Positions 1 to 14,019 of a stretch of 64,000 bases of DNA are shown one piece after another (position 1 is the stretch's first letter; each line of letters starts with the position of its first letter). A program made the position numbers and the translations under genes. The stretch covers positions 254,017 through 318,016 of the forward strand of contig NW_003314402.1 in assembly GCF_000143415.4 (NCBI RefSeq), read 5' to 3'. The DNA is from Selaginella moellendorffii (taxonomy: Eukaryota > Plantae > Lycopodiophyta). The notes beneath the pieces were generated by a model, which saw nothing but the letters and a program-made list of their open reading frames with translations, ran no database searches and had not been told where the DNA came from.

Positions 1-180
1 CAACTTCAGGGCGCGATAATCTCGGACTTTGGTACCGCCGGGGATGCTTGGGATTGCATGCCTTACGTACCAGATACGTCGAAGTGGCGATGCTTCGTTT
101 CTCTCTGCAGGAGCCACAGACACTATGAGGATAGTGCACTAACTGCGAAGCAAAAACCCGGCAAGCAACTTACGGAATGA
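1..180 (+). pseudogene. 3' end of a PPR E-domain gene, probably degenerate, truncated by the window edge
   Basis: Frame 1 reads ...SDFGTAGDAWDCMPYVPDTSKWRCFVSLCRSHRH...*, matching the E-domain motif MPYVPE.LEWRCLL seen in the PPR at 11195-13114. The HY.C.VDLLGR segment is missing. Confidence 0.55.
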
Positions 181-227
181 AATCGAAAACGCACCTTGTT
201 AGCTTACACGGTGCTGCTGTTTAATGC

Positions 228-2434
<2,207 letters not shown>

Positions 2435-2532
2435 TTCCCCCCTTCTACTCGCATTCTAGGGTTCTAGGGCTTGCTCGAGAGCAGGGTTACCGCTGGCGTG
2501 GAGCCCGCGTGGAGCCCACGTGGAGCCGTACC

Positions 2533-2555
2533 TTTGAAACAAAATGAGCGGGAAA
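2533..2555. promoter_or_regulatory. E2F site (GCGGGAAA = TTTCCCGC, 2548-2555) and CHR-like TTTGAA (2533-2538) upstream of katanin
   Basis: Exact motif matches ~100-120 nt upstream of the KTN1 ATG. Function not tested. Confidence 0.45.
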
Positions 2556-2699
2556 CGCTCGAGATAGCGAATTTGGAGAGCTTGGAATCTCCTGTAGAGA
2601 AACACGACTTTAGCGAGACAATGGGGAAGAACTAGGAACTCCAGCAACTTCTTTGAGGCACGAAAGAGAAAAAGAGCAAACTCTTGGTCGTTTTTGCCT

Positions 2700-3395
2700 A
2701 GCAGAATACGAAGGCTTGTTTGGATGAGACCATTCAATCCAAGCTAGCTTACCGGGACTCGATCTGTATAGAGATCATTCGAAAACCATCAGATGAAAAC
2801 ATGCCTGCTGAGCATACAAGGAACTTACCAGCAAGAAGCGGTACGTTTTAGATCAACGCATGGTTCCTTTCCTTGCCTGTGACCTACAAAACATTAGAAA
2901 CAGCGATGCATTGAAACAAATATCCATTAGGAGTACCGTCACGAACAGTGATATACCGAAACCTCCCATCGGCATAGCGATCTTCAGGAAAAGGAAGTGG
3001 AGAACGTCCTGTCCATCACAGAAACTCAGAACTAGAAGAAATAAGCATAGAAACAACGGAAGAAAGCGTAGCTTACCTCCAACCATGTTTGCCTATGATC
3101 GAAAAAGCTCGAGAACACAGCGTAGCGTTTTCTCCCTCCACTGTAAATGCTCCGCCACCATACTCATGGACGGTGAAACGAACATTAAATCCAGAAGGAG
3201 CGATATCTTCCACTTGCGTATTCCCATCCAAGCAAGAAAAACCTTATTTCTCAGCGCTAGAGATTGCTCTCAAAAGAATTCTTGGAAGGAAGAAGACTCA
3301 TTGCAAGGATTCTCGCAGAGAAGATTTCCATTCGCATAGTCGTGAATCCTCCGAGGCGCAGTGATGGTGACGGAAATGGAGCTTGTAGTCCACCA
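2700..3395 (-). pseudogene. Degenerate N-terminal part of an S9 / prolyl-oligopeptidase-family alpha/beta hydrolase
   Basis: Minus-strand fragments EWKSSL, EDIAPSGFNVRFTVHEYGGGAFTVEG, DRYADGRFRYITVRD and KLAWIEWSHPNKP lie in the expected order. They are broken by deletions and frameshifts, and residual splice donors remain. Confidence 0.75.
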
Positions 3396-3461
3396 TCGCG
3401 ACTCGAGAGGAAATAGGAATTATTCTAGCACAAAATATTTAGGGCTTTGTCTGTCCAGTCC

Positions 3462-5570
3462 ATGGAATCGCATCACGCTTCGCTGGGGCGCCGCAAGGTG
3501 AGCTCGCCGCCGTGGAATCCGCATTGCTCTAACGTTGATCCAGTGTAGCTGGAGGAGATCCGGCAAAAGAAAGCGACGGAGAAGAATTCCGCGAAGCAAT
3601 CGGAGCTAATTCCATCAGGTAGAGGCTCGAAACACCATGAATCTCATGTTTTTTGCTTTCTCTTTCTTGTTCTAGGCCAGGATCAGGATGTCGAGGGTCT
3701 CAAACAAGAGGTGAGAGTTTTTCTTATCTTTGAGAAGAGAGAACTTATTTGTGAGTGAATATTATAGTTAAGTTTTAGTTTTTATCTGCAGCTAGAAGCA
3801 ACTCAAAACGAACGAAATGCGCTGCAAAGGCAATTGGACGAGAAGATCGAGAAAATACAAGTTCTTGTCCGGGACCTTCAAACTTTTCAAGCTTCAGCCA
3901 GTAACGTATGTGCTTGTTAGTCTTCATGTCTTGTAAGATTCTAAGTTTTCTTCCTCGCAGGATGCAAAGCTTGTTTCGGAGCTGAAGCAGTCTGTAAAAA
4001 ATCTTACTGTTGATAGAGATGCCGCCATTACATCCAAGGTAGGCTTTATACGTCATTGCTTCAAGCAACAAGGGAAAGCTTCGATTTTGCTAGGAAGATG
4101 TTACAGCTCAGCTGCGTCTCGCAAGAAAAAGACTCCAAGAAGCCGAGAACGAGCAGTACAAGGTCCATTAGCTTGTCACAAAATACTCTTTGCAGAAAGC
4201 TAACCTCCACTTGCCAGGCCGAAGAAGATGCTGCTGTTTTGAGAGCAGAGCTGAAGCAATTGCAACAGCAGATGGAGCACTCAGCCAGCTCTCAGTCTTT
4301 CCATGCAACAATGCTTACAGACCAATATGCAATCAGCGACCAAGAGCACAAGGCCGTCAAAGAGGAGCTCCATGTAGGTTCCTGCAAGTTTTTGCGTTTC
4401 TTACTTCTCTTCTGCTACAGGATGCGCTTTTCCAGCTTCAAAACAATCGGCAACTGTTGGCCATGGAGCAGCAAAAGGTTGCTCAACTTCTTGCTGAGAA
4501 AAAAGAGCTCGAAGCTGCTCTTGCGTCATCCCGGAACAATGAAGCCGGTACGAAGTTTTCCCGTTCCTTATTTTTAATCCATGTCTTGCCTGTCTGCCAA
4601 CAGAAGCAAAGCGAGCACTTGCGAATGCTGCAAGCACTACCGAACAACAATTCACGAGTAACAAATGGAAGTCCAAGGTTCGTTTTCCTTGGCACGGTAA
4701 AATTCTTAATAGTTTTGCTCCAGGTGGACAGAGGGAAATACGAGCAACACCTTCGTGAGCTTGCCTCTATGGTTGAACGACTTGAAAATGGCCGGCAGAA
4801 GCTGCTCGCAGAGGTAGAAACGCTTCACCAGTATTTCTAATGGTAGCCTTTTTCTTTCTTTGCTAGATTGACCGGCAGTCCCTGGAGATTGAAAAGCTCT
4901 TCATGGAAAACGAAGGTCTAGTGAGTGGGTTAAACGAAACCTCGGAGATTGCAGCACAATGGGAACGCCAGGTACTCGAGACAAAAGAACTTTCAGAACT
5001 CTAACAAATCCTTTTGTTTTTCCCAGCTTCGTGAGTGCGCTAAACAGAACACAGAGCTAGAAAACAAGTTGCAAGCGCATCAAACATTATCCCAACTAGA
5101 GGATTTGGTCAAGGAGGAGGATTTGTCATCGACAGAAATACCAAAACTTAAGGTAACGCGCTGGCCGCTTGCTCGTCTTTTTGTCTGTGGAGTCTTAAAC
5201 TCTCGGCTCTGGTGTTTTTCTTCTCCCTGCAGATGGATTTAACAAAAGCATTGGGCGAAAGAGACCAGCTGGCTTTGGAGTTGGCGAGTGTCAGGATCAC
5301 CTTGAATGGATTCAACAGACTGTAAGCTTTTCTCCTTTGTTTTTGCTTTGTTTGGTTTTTTTCAGAGTTTTTTAACAGGCTGCTTGCAGATATAATCCGG
5401 TGCTCTCCAGCCTGGAGACGAGGCTTGTACAAATCAAACAAAACTCCGCGCAGCAAATCGATGTAAGTTTCTAAGGATATATGTGGAAGTCTCCGTATGT
5501 TTCTAATCTTTTTAAGGCCCGGCAAAGGGTGTCTCTTCGTTCTTCTTGCTTCTATGTGACAGCCTTTTAA
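3462..5570 (+). CDS. Conserved plant coiled-coil ('myosin heavy chain-related') protein, many exons; 3' end approximate
   Basis: MESHHASLGRRK|LEEIRQKKA start, then AEEDAAVLRAELKQLQQQ and YEQHLRELASMVERLENGRQKLLAE|ID. Short GT-AG introns throughout. Confidence 0.8.
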
Positions 5571-5897
5571 GTACACGCACAATGAAAGATCGAGGGCATT
5601 AGGGCTTTTCATCTTGTGGTGGTCGAGTTTTGAAGTACAATGCGGCAGCGCGCTGGAAGTTTTTGCGCTCTCGATCGCAGCAATCGTGGCCGTATTCCGT
5701 GCTGGGCAGCTCCATTTTCGAGGTAGGGATCTGAATTGCTAGGCTCTCGGGAAGAAGATGAGCTAAACTCTTGGCCGGGAGGATCTTCTAGAGATTCCAG
5801 TGCTCTTGAGTGATGAAGTGGGTCTCCTGGAGAGAGACGGGAAGGAGGAAATAGATCAGTGGAGCACAATGGGACCGAGCAGAGCGTAGTATAATTC

Positions 5898-6518
5898 ATG
5901 TTTAGTGGGGATGGAAGTCATGGCGGATCGGTAGCGGTTCAAATAGAAGGCTTTCGCTACAATGGCAAGGGACTCAAGAGAAAAGTGTCCGAGGTGCAAG
6001 GCACTGTTTTGACAGTGTCCGAGGAGGAAGAGGATTGCGAGTCCGAGGTTCTGGGAGGAGCTTATGGGAACTTGCAAGAGATCTTGGCAAGAAAGGAGAG
6101 GAACAAGAAGAAGAAGAAGAAGAAGAAGCAGGGATTTGACGAGGGATTTCCTTGCGAATCAAACTTTGTAGCTGTGGATGAAGAAGTCAGCACGACGACA
6201 TCCTTGGAGACCGAGGATCAGCGGCGCTGGCAGGAGCAGCAGCAGGGGAAGCAAGAGGAGTGGATCTTCGCGCGGCGGATTGGCAGGGTGGACGAGGAAG
6301 AAGTGAGCAGCGGGGACGAGTTTATGGAGTTTTGCGAGGAAGAAGATGGGGTAAAGATCGTCGCCAGTGATGATGCCAATGGCGATGACGAAGAAGATCG
6401 TGACAAACCCGGCTCGACTTACATCCTCTCGTCTGGGCGACAGACATCCCAAGTTGAGAAGAAGATCCCCACCATTGACGACGAGTTTGAGGAGTACTTT
6501 CGCCAACTCATGCTTTGA
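5898..6518 (+). CDS. Acidic low-complexity protein with a basic NLS-like run and a conserved plant C-terminal motif; function unknown
   Basis: Single-exon 206-aa ORF with RKERNKKKKKKK, ending TYILSSGR...PTIDDEFEEYFRQLML*. The ending resembles a recalled land-plant C-terminal motif. Confidence 0.75.
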   Translation: MFSGDGSHGGSVAVQIEGFRYNGKGLKRKVSEVQGTVLTVSEEEEDCESEVLGGAYGNLQEILARKERNKKKKKKKKQGFDEGFPCESNFVAVDEEVSTTTSLETEDQRRWQEQQQGKQEEWIFARRIGRVDEEEVSSGDEFMEFCEEEDGVKIVASDDANGDDEEDRDKPGSTYILSSGRQTSQVEKKIPTIDDEFEEYFRQLML

Positions 6519-7281
6519 TATAAACAAGAAAAGTTCCAGTGAGAACATTAAACCCTAATGGAATATTCTACGGATTTGAAAATGATTTGCTTGCGTGTAA
6601 TTGATCCAGTCTAAGATTCCCGGACGTGGAAGAAGCAACCATGCAGTCGCCGACAAGCGCAATCCCTCCGACATTACCACTAAACCTAAAATCGACAAGC
6701 CGCCCCTCCTTTTCAAGCAACACCTAGGTCGCTCGCAATGTATCCAAGTGTGTGATCCAACATCAACGTCCTATTGTGGGGTGGATCATGCAAAATAGCG
6801 AGCCTTGACCTAAAATATTCGGGCTCGGCCCATAGATGATAAGCGCGACCACGTAACAAAAAAGACACCTGACCATCGAACAGCGTAAGAAAGTTGGTGG
6901 ATTTGTCGGAAGCGGTCAACCAATTAGTTTTAATGCGACGTCCACTTCATCCATGGCGCGGGTGGCGTGGGCCGTACAGGTGGTCTCTGGCCGTACGGAT
7001 GCAAGCGGCCAAAGCAACGTCCACATTTCTTGCCAGAGTGAATGTCCGTACGCCAACTCCTCCCAGGGAGCGGAGATCACGGGTCTCCCTGCCGTGCCCT
7101 AAAATCCGTGCGTTGTATCCGCCCTAAAGAGAGGAAAGTCTGAGCTCCACGGGTACCCCAGTCACTCTGACTCAATGCAAGTGTAAGTGGGCCTCTAGAT
7201 TGGATAACACAATATTATACATTACAACTATACACTGTATTTTATCATTATTTTCGAGGAGCTAAAATTTATCTACACGCG

Positions 7282-7397
7282 GACGTGGCAGGAGTACGAA
7301 GCTGGTATTCCCTGGGCACGTTTACAGGGTGATTCGTTATTTGAATTGCAAGCTTGCGGGGGATATGCCTTCGCGGGGACTGGCCACTGCACGTGGC
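7282..7397. promoter_or_regulatory. ABRE/G-box pair (GACGTGGC 7282-7289; CACGTGGC 7390-7397) upstream of the DUF547 gene
   Basis: Exact ACGTGGC cores. The second lies in the palindrome TGGCCAC-TGCAC-GTGGCCA. Confidence 0.35.
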
Positions 7398-8271
7398 CAT
7401 AAACCAGTTTGCACGGCAAAGTTATGGCCCAAAGTGGCGCCGCGCAGAGCCGTTAGATTCCCGGGATCGTGCGGCTGATGGATGGAATGATTATGTGTAT
7501 GGGGTATGGGTAAAGTGGGCGTGTAAGTGTGTGTAACTTTCAGTGGTTGCCCAGTCGCATTCTTCTTAGGTAAAGACGCGAAGCTCTCTTTTGTTTCTTT
7601 AGGAGGTTTTTTGTTTTTTAGGGTAGGAGAAGGCGGCTTTCTTGCATCTGGCGATGGTGGAGCGATCGCGAGCTCTAGCGAGCGAATAGCCTTGCGCCAG
7701 GGAGAAGGTTTTGTTTCGCAGGGAAATTTGGCAATGCAGGGCACTTCTGCGCGTGATGGTGCGTAATCTCGGTGGAATTCGTCCAAATCTATGGATTGGA
7801 TCTAGAAATTCTCTCCCCCCTGCCTCGCGAAGCAAGGAATCGCCGCTGCCGGCCTTCTTCTCTCGCTTGGAGTGGCTTGGCTATCGATTGCTTCTCCTCA
7901 ATCTCGTCCTTCCCTCCCATTCTTCGTGCTTCTTGAGTGATATTTTGGAGGGAATCAATGGAGAAAGGAATCCGGGACAGGGCAGTAAATGTATCGGTGG
8001 CGCCGTGAAGCAAACGAAGGGAAAAGAATGCCCGACAAAGGCGCGGTGAAAGTGTTTGGTCCTTGCCAAGCGCCTCTCCAGACAACATACAGAAATGATA
8101 GTATCTTTAGTCCTTTGGTACGTACCATTCTCATAATTGGAGTTTTCCAACGCTTTGTTTGTAGGATTCTTTCAAACGCGCGCACTCTGCTTGCTCTAAT
8201 GGAGGCTTTGGACACACTGTAAGCTTTCACGAGTGTTTCCAAGTTTCTCCAGCAATTTTTTTGCTCTACAG

Positions 8272-11042
8272 ATGATCTGCGCACAGCTCTTGACCAATGT
8301 AGCCTCCGGGATGAGTGACAGGTATAGTGGTCTTGTATTGTTCATCACAGGAACTAACACTTTACTCTTGTGATGCGATGCGATGCAGCAATTCTCCTCA
8401 AAAGCAGACGAGGAAGAAGCACAAAGGGCGGCACGCCACGGACGCAAAGGTCCACGGTGAGCCGCTGGAGCGAATCGATGAAGAGGTACTGATCTGTTTC
8501 ATGTTTTTCGGATTAGCCTTGAGAACTCTTTGAAACTCCACCGTTTCAGGATTTGTGCGCAGAGGATTCTAGACGGAGGGACGCCTCCCGGCGCTTGTTT
8601 TCGTCATCCAGTGACGTTGTAAGCTTTATTCTTCTGCTAACAGGAAAAGCATCCCTGACGCTAGTCAGTTTTAGACTGTTGCCAACTCCATTGAAGCAAT
8701 CAGGAAGGAAGGCTTGCGTGTGCGCCGTTCTCGTCTCGAGGAGGACGTGAGTTTTAATGGTTTTGTGCATTGAATGAATAGCTAATGCAGCGATTTCTAA
8801 TTCGCAGATATTGAGGCTTCACAAGCGTTTAAGAAATGAGCTAGATCTGCGCGAAGCGCTTGAAATTGCCTTATCCGATGCGTCCGCGGCCATCCCTGAA
8901 CATGTTCCTCTGAAGGTTTATATCTTATTCCTTGATTATATAACCAGTTTTGCATAAAATATATCGTTGACTGATTGATGCAGGTGCGCAAACTACTGCA
9001 AGATATTGCAATTCTCGAAGTCACTGTTCTAAGCTTGGAAGACCAAGTGCTGGCATCCCAGTGGCAGCTGTGTAAGGAACGTAAAGAAAGTGCTGCAATT
9101 CAGAACTCTGCTCCATCGTCGTTCAGGCACAGCAAAACATTCGACAGGATCCCGCAAGCTCAATGTTCACAAAATTTATTTTGTCAAGAGGATCCTTCGT
9201 GCAGCGCTCTAGTAGACGAACTCTCGCCTGTAACCCCAGGTCTACGAAAGTCCTCTAGCCGTCTTTCGAGGTACAGCGATGCTGAAAGTTCAGAACAACA
9301 GGAAGATTCCCCCTACGAGCATGGGAATCTAGCTTTGACAATCTCGGGAGAGCCAGATACTCCAAGACGATCAAGCTTTTGGAGTAACTGCTCTGACGAA
9401 GACTACGGGCAGTCACATAAAAGAGAAAAATGCGACTCCCTTGAGGTACTTCTTGCAAGCTCTTTGGCAAAACTGTGAGCTTTTTTCTGCAGAGCGAGAG
9501 GATAAAACATAGAAAACATCAACGAAAGAAGACTAGGCAAAAGCATTCTGAGCTAGTCGCTTGTTCAAGTTGCCCTGTAAGCTACAGTTTTGTTCTCTGA
9601 TGTCATTTTACCTTGTATTCTCGACAGGAAACTCCTCCACAAGAGTTTGATGACACAATGACGCTATCCCGGAGGAGTAGCTTGCTTTTAAAAGGCCTCG
9701 CTTTACATCCTAATCGGCTTTCGGAGAAAATGCTTCGCTGCATGATGGATATATATTGCCACCTTTCAGACACTGCGCCTTTCACCGCGTCTTCGTCACC
9801 GACCTCGCCTTTTACGCAAGCGATCACAACACCTTCTATGTCATCGCTTTCAGAATCTTCGTTTCTGTCTTTTGGTAAAAGCCCACTGGTTGAGTTGCCG
9901 AACAAGGAAGATGTTGTGGGATCCGAGAGCTTGTTTGATCCTTACAGGACAAAAGAGAAGCTATCCTGGGTGGATATTGGAGTTTATAGTTCGGCGTTGG
10001 AAATCAGGTGGATAGCTGTTGGCAAGGAACAGCTTGGATATGCTGCTCGAGCTCTTCGAGAATACAAGTACGTCTTTTTCTCTTTTTTTCCTTGTTTTTG
10101 TTCTTTCTTGCTTTTTCTTCTAACTTAACTTTTCTCCACGGCAGATTGTTGGTCGAACAACTAGCCAAAGTGGACATCTTGTCCATGGCACACGAAGAAA
10201 AACTAGCTTTCTGGGTGAATATTTATAACGCTCTAGTTATGCACGTAAGTATATATTAAGAATTTCCTCGTTTTACTGATCACAACTTCAGGGATACTTG
10301 GCGTACGGCATTCCGAATAGCGAGCTTAAGTCATTCTTCCTCCTGCAAAAGGTAGATGGAGTAATAAAATAGCTATGGACTTACCACGATCTCGTTCTTT
10401 TACAGGCATCGTACGTGATCGGTGGACACACCTTTACAGCGCTTGCTATTGAGTACCATTTACTCAAGCATAAAGCTCCTGCACATCGTCCGCAAATCGT
10501 AAAAACAAAGCATTTTATTGTTCTCGAGGCTAATTCACAATTGTCTACTTTTCAGGCCTTACTACTGGCACTACACAAAATCAAACTTACATTGGAACAA
10601 ACGAGTTTTGCAGTCGATTATCCAGAACCTTTGACAGTGTTTGCTCTAAGCTGCGGTGCGCGATCTTCACCATTGGTAAGCTCGCAGTTGTATAGCTCTG
10701 TCATTCCAGATTGACAAACGGTTTGATTCTTTGCAGGTAAAGGTGTACACACCAGATAATGTTATTCAGCAGCTAAAGTCTTCGCTGCACGACTACATCC
10801 GAGCATCAGTTGGGCTCGGCGTGAGGGGTAAAGTCCTGATTCCCAAGCTGCTCTACACTTACGCGCACGAAAACATGGAGGACTCGAGCTTGCTCGCGTG
10901 GATTTACCTCCACCTCCCGAGCCCGCAGGTGGCTGTTATCAGGGAGTGCCTGCAACAGAGGCGTCACAGGTTCTTGAGCTCGAGGAATTTTTCAATCTTG
11001 CCCTTTGATTTTCGGTTCCAGTACCTGTTTCTTAGGAGCTGA
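8272..11042 (+). CDS. MIP1 leucine-zipper / DUF547 domain protein
   Basis: VRKLLQDIAILEVTVLSLEDQV, HPNRLSEKMLRCMMDIYCHL, EEKLAFWVNIYNALVMH, PEPLTVFALSCGARSSP, and terminal ILPFDFRFQYLF. The start exon is inferred from a frame-preserving splice. Confidence 0.9.
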
Positions 11043-11194
11043 GGGGAGAATGCAATCGTGTACCATATGTGAATAGAAGTAACTTATTCTTTGATTCTAA
11101 TGATATATAGTTTTCTAGTGTGATGGAAGAACTTCCATCCTTTAAGCTTCGTACCTACAAAAGCGCTTGCTCACCTGTAAGTGAGTTTGGTTCT

Positions 11195-13114
11195 TCAATT
11201 TGCTACTTCTAACTTCTCTTTTACAGGAGCATCCTTTCCGAGTCTATAGATGCTAGACAGAAGAACATACGCCGCTCCATCTCCGGGCTCCAGCGCGAGG
11301 ATCGAGCTCGTAGCACAGGCCCCGGTGTGGAAGTCCCGGTGGCCAGTGGAAGCTCCCAGCAAACACCGCCACTCGAGAGCCTCGGGAACGTAAGGCATGT
11401 TTGTGACAAGTTCCAACGCAGCATCCAGGTGACCACCTCGTCCCAGGAGATCAACCATGCAACAGTAGTGCTGCTTAGTGGGAGAGATCCCATAGTCGAG
11501 ACCCATGGACACCATGTAGCTCCTTCCAAGGTAGAGCTTCCCGGTTTGGCTACAGGCATTGAGGATGGACACAAAGCAAGTTTGATCTGGGAGCTCCACA
11601 GCTTTCATCTCATGGAAGACGTTGAAAGCTTCGATCGCTCGAGCGTTTTGCGAGTAGCCTGTCAAGATGGAGCTCCACGAGACGGTGTCAATCTCTGGAA
11701 GCCTGTGGAACCATGCTGCGGCATCGTCCACGCGGCCGGACTGGGTATATCCGCCCAGCATCGCATTCCAAGATGCCAGGTTCCTGTGTGGCATGCGGCA
11801 ATAGAAGAGCTCTTTGGCCTCGAGGATATGCCCGTTTTGGGCATATGCCACAAGCATCGCGTTCCAAGATACCAGATCTCTTTCAGGCATCAAAGAGAAG
11901 ATTCTCAGCGTCTCGTCAAAGTGGCCGTGCTGCATGTAAGATGCAAGCATCACGTTCCAGGAAACTAAATTCTTTCCGGGCATCGAATCAAACGTACATG
12001 CGGCTTTCTCCAGATTCCCACTCTGGGCATATGCCGCTAGAATGGACGTCCACGAAACCACGTCCCGGTGTGGCATAGAATCAAAGACTAGGCAAACATT
12101 CTCCAGATCTTTTGCTTGTCCGTAAGCATCTAGCATAGCATTCCATGACACTAAGTCGCGCTCTAGCATGGCATCAAACACTTGCTTTGCTAGCCACATA
12201 TGCCCTGACTGGGCATAGGCTACTAGTAAGGCCGTGGAAGATACCAGGTTGTGTTGCGGCATATTCTCCGCCAGCTCGATAGCGTCAAGAATATATGCGC
12301 TTTCTGTGTAGGCAGTGAGCAAGGTTGTGCAAGAGAAGAGGTCTTTTGCTCCCATCGCCGCAAGGATATCCTTTGCTTCTCGAATATACCCATTACGGGC
12401 ATATGCCGAGAGCATCACGTTACACGATACCCTGTCGTGCTGTGGCATCTTGTCATAGAATCTTTTTAGAGCCTCGAGATTTCCTGTGTCGCAGTAGAGC
12501 TCCAGCATTGCCGTCCAAACAACGAGATCCTGCTGTGGCATCTCTTCGAACATTCTCTTGGCATCTTTAATATGCCCTTCGCGGGCACACGCTATTAGCA
12601 CTGTCGTCCAGGAGACGAGATCCCATTGTGGCATATTCTCTAGGAACATTTTAGCGTTTTGGATGTCGCTGTTGGTCGAGTAGGCCGTGAGAAGAATATT
12701 AAAAGAGACGATGCTTCTCTGTGGCATCTCATTAAAGATCTCTTGAGCATTGAGCATATACCCGTTCTGGGCATATGCTGTGAGCATAGAGTTCCAACAG
12801 ACCAGCGTGCGATTCGTCGCCCTGTTGAAGATTCCTCTGGCTCTTTCAAGGCATCCTGTTTTTCCATATGCAGCGATCATGACCGTGTGTGAGACGATGC
12901 TCGGTGACGGCATATTCTCGAACAGGCTCTCGGCATCTCGCAGATGCCCATTGCGGGCAAATGCATAGAGCATGATATTCCAGGTGAAGGAATCTTTCCA
13001 TGGCAGGGAATCGAAGATCTTCTTGGCTTGCTTCGCGTTGCCCGACCTGCCGTACGACTGGATCTGCCTGTTCCCCGCGAGAAGCTCTTGGCTAGTATGG
13101 CATTCTTGGGTCAT
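11195..13114 (-). CDS. PLS-class pentatricopeptide repeat protein with E domain, no DYW (organellar RNA-editing type)
   Basis: About 17 tandem 31-aa repeats (WNxMLxAYAQNG...F..MP.RDLVS), then HYCCMVDLLGRGG and the E domain MPYVPEALEWRCLLGA. First ATG at 13114; the open frame extends to 13186. Confidence 0.92.
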   Translation of the reverse strand: MTQECHTSQELLAGNRQIQSYGRSGNAKQAKKIFDSLPWKDSFTWNIMLYAFARNGHLRDAESLFENMPSPSIVSHTVMIAAYGKTGCLERARGIFNRATNRTLVCWNSMLTAYAQNGYMLNAQEIFNEMPQRSIVSFNILLTAYSTNSDIQNAKMFLENMPQWDLVSWTTVLIACAREGHIKDAKRMFEEMPQQDLVVWTAMLELYCDTGNLEALKRFYDKMPQHDRVSCNVMLSAYARNGYIREAKDILAAMGAKDLFSCTTLLTAYTESAYILDAIELAENMPQHNLVSSTALLVAYAQSGHMWLAKQVFDAMLERDLVSWNAMLDAYGQAKDLENVCLVFDSMPHRDVVSWTSILAAYAQSGNLEKAACTFDSMPGKNLVSWNVMLASYMQHGHFDETLRIFSLMPERDLVSWNAMLVAYAQNGHILEAKELFYCRMPHRNLASWNAMLGGYTQSGRVDDAAAWFHRLPEIDTVSWSSILTGYSQNARAIEAFNVFHEMKAVELPDQTCFVSILNACSQTGKLYLGRSYMVSMGLDYGISPTKQHYCCMVDLLGRGGHLDAALELVTNMPYVPEALEWRCLLGASTGHRDFHTGACATSSILALEPGDGAAYVLLSSIYRLGKDAPVKEKLEVAN

Positions 13115-13609
13115 TGGGCGGCTTGGCTGTAGAGACGAGGCGAAACAATTGATATAATATGGATCAAAGTGGCAGACGAAGAACAAGATGGAGAGCTCAT
13201 AAACAATTCTAGCTCAAAAGTGTTGCTGCTGTTGATCAATCTCTTCATCTGTAAGGTATCATTAATAATGACCATGATCAGGGCGAAAGAATTGATAAAG
13301 CGCTTACTTCTGGACCATCTCCATGACCACCACACCAAGCTGGTCATAGTTCAAGAATTTTTCATGACCACCACCAACATGGCTATCTTTGGTAAGCATG
13401 ACAAGCTGCTTTGCCACACCAACAATCCCAAGGCTGCTCACACCATGAAGCCCAAAGCGTAAGCAAATCCTAAATATCAAGGTGTTTGAAACTCACAGTT
13501 CAAGAGCACTACGTATATGTATATTCAGCTTTAAGTTTCTTGAATAAATAAAATCCTATCGTTTTCTGTCATTCGATTATTCATTCCATTATGGGAAATG
13601 ATATGTAAG

Positions 13610-13980
13610 GTTGTGCACGAGTTTGCTCCCATATCTTTTGCTTCGAATGTACCCATTATGGGCATATATGCGGAGAACACACATTCCACAAGCAACGATT
13701 CAACATTCTCTTGGCATCTTTGATATACCCGCTATTTCGACGAGACGAGATCCCATTGCAGCATAGGCTGTGAGAAGAATATTTAAACATGTGGCATCTC
13801 ATAAGAGATCTCTTGAGCTCTATGAATATGCCCGGTCTGGGCATATGCCGTGGGCATAGAATTCCCAGCAAACGCGCATGCGATCTTTGCACAGCTCCCG
13901 TTTTTTCGAAAGCAAACCGTAGGTGACGGTCTCGCAGCGCAGAGCATATTCCAGGCGAAGGAATCTTTCCATTCTCATGA
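13610..13980 (-). pseudogene. Deletion-riddled copy of the 5' half of the neighbouring PPR gene
   Basis: Colinear nucleotide similarity to ~12320-13010 with many internal deletions. Confidence 0.8.
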
Positions 13981-14019
13981 AATTCTTTTTTGTTTAAAGG
14001 GTTTGAAAATGTAGGGTTT

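Noticed and set aside
7337-8284. Several 80-150 aa ORFs upstream of the DUF547 gene
   Set aside because: They lie in the promoter/5'UTR region, overlap on both strands and show no conserved peptide.
13169-13462. 97-aa ORF divergent from the PPR gene
   Set aside because: Non-ATG start and no recognisable motif.
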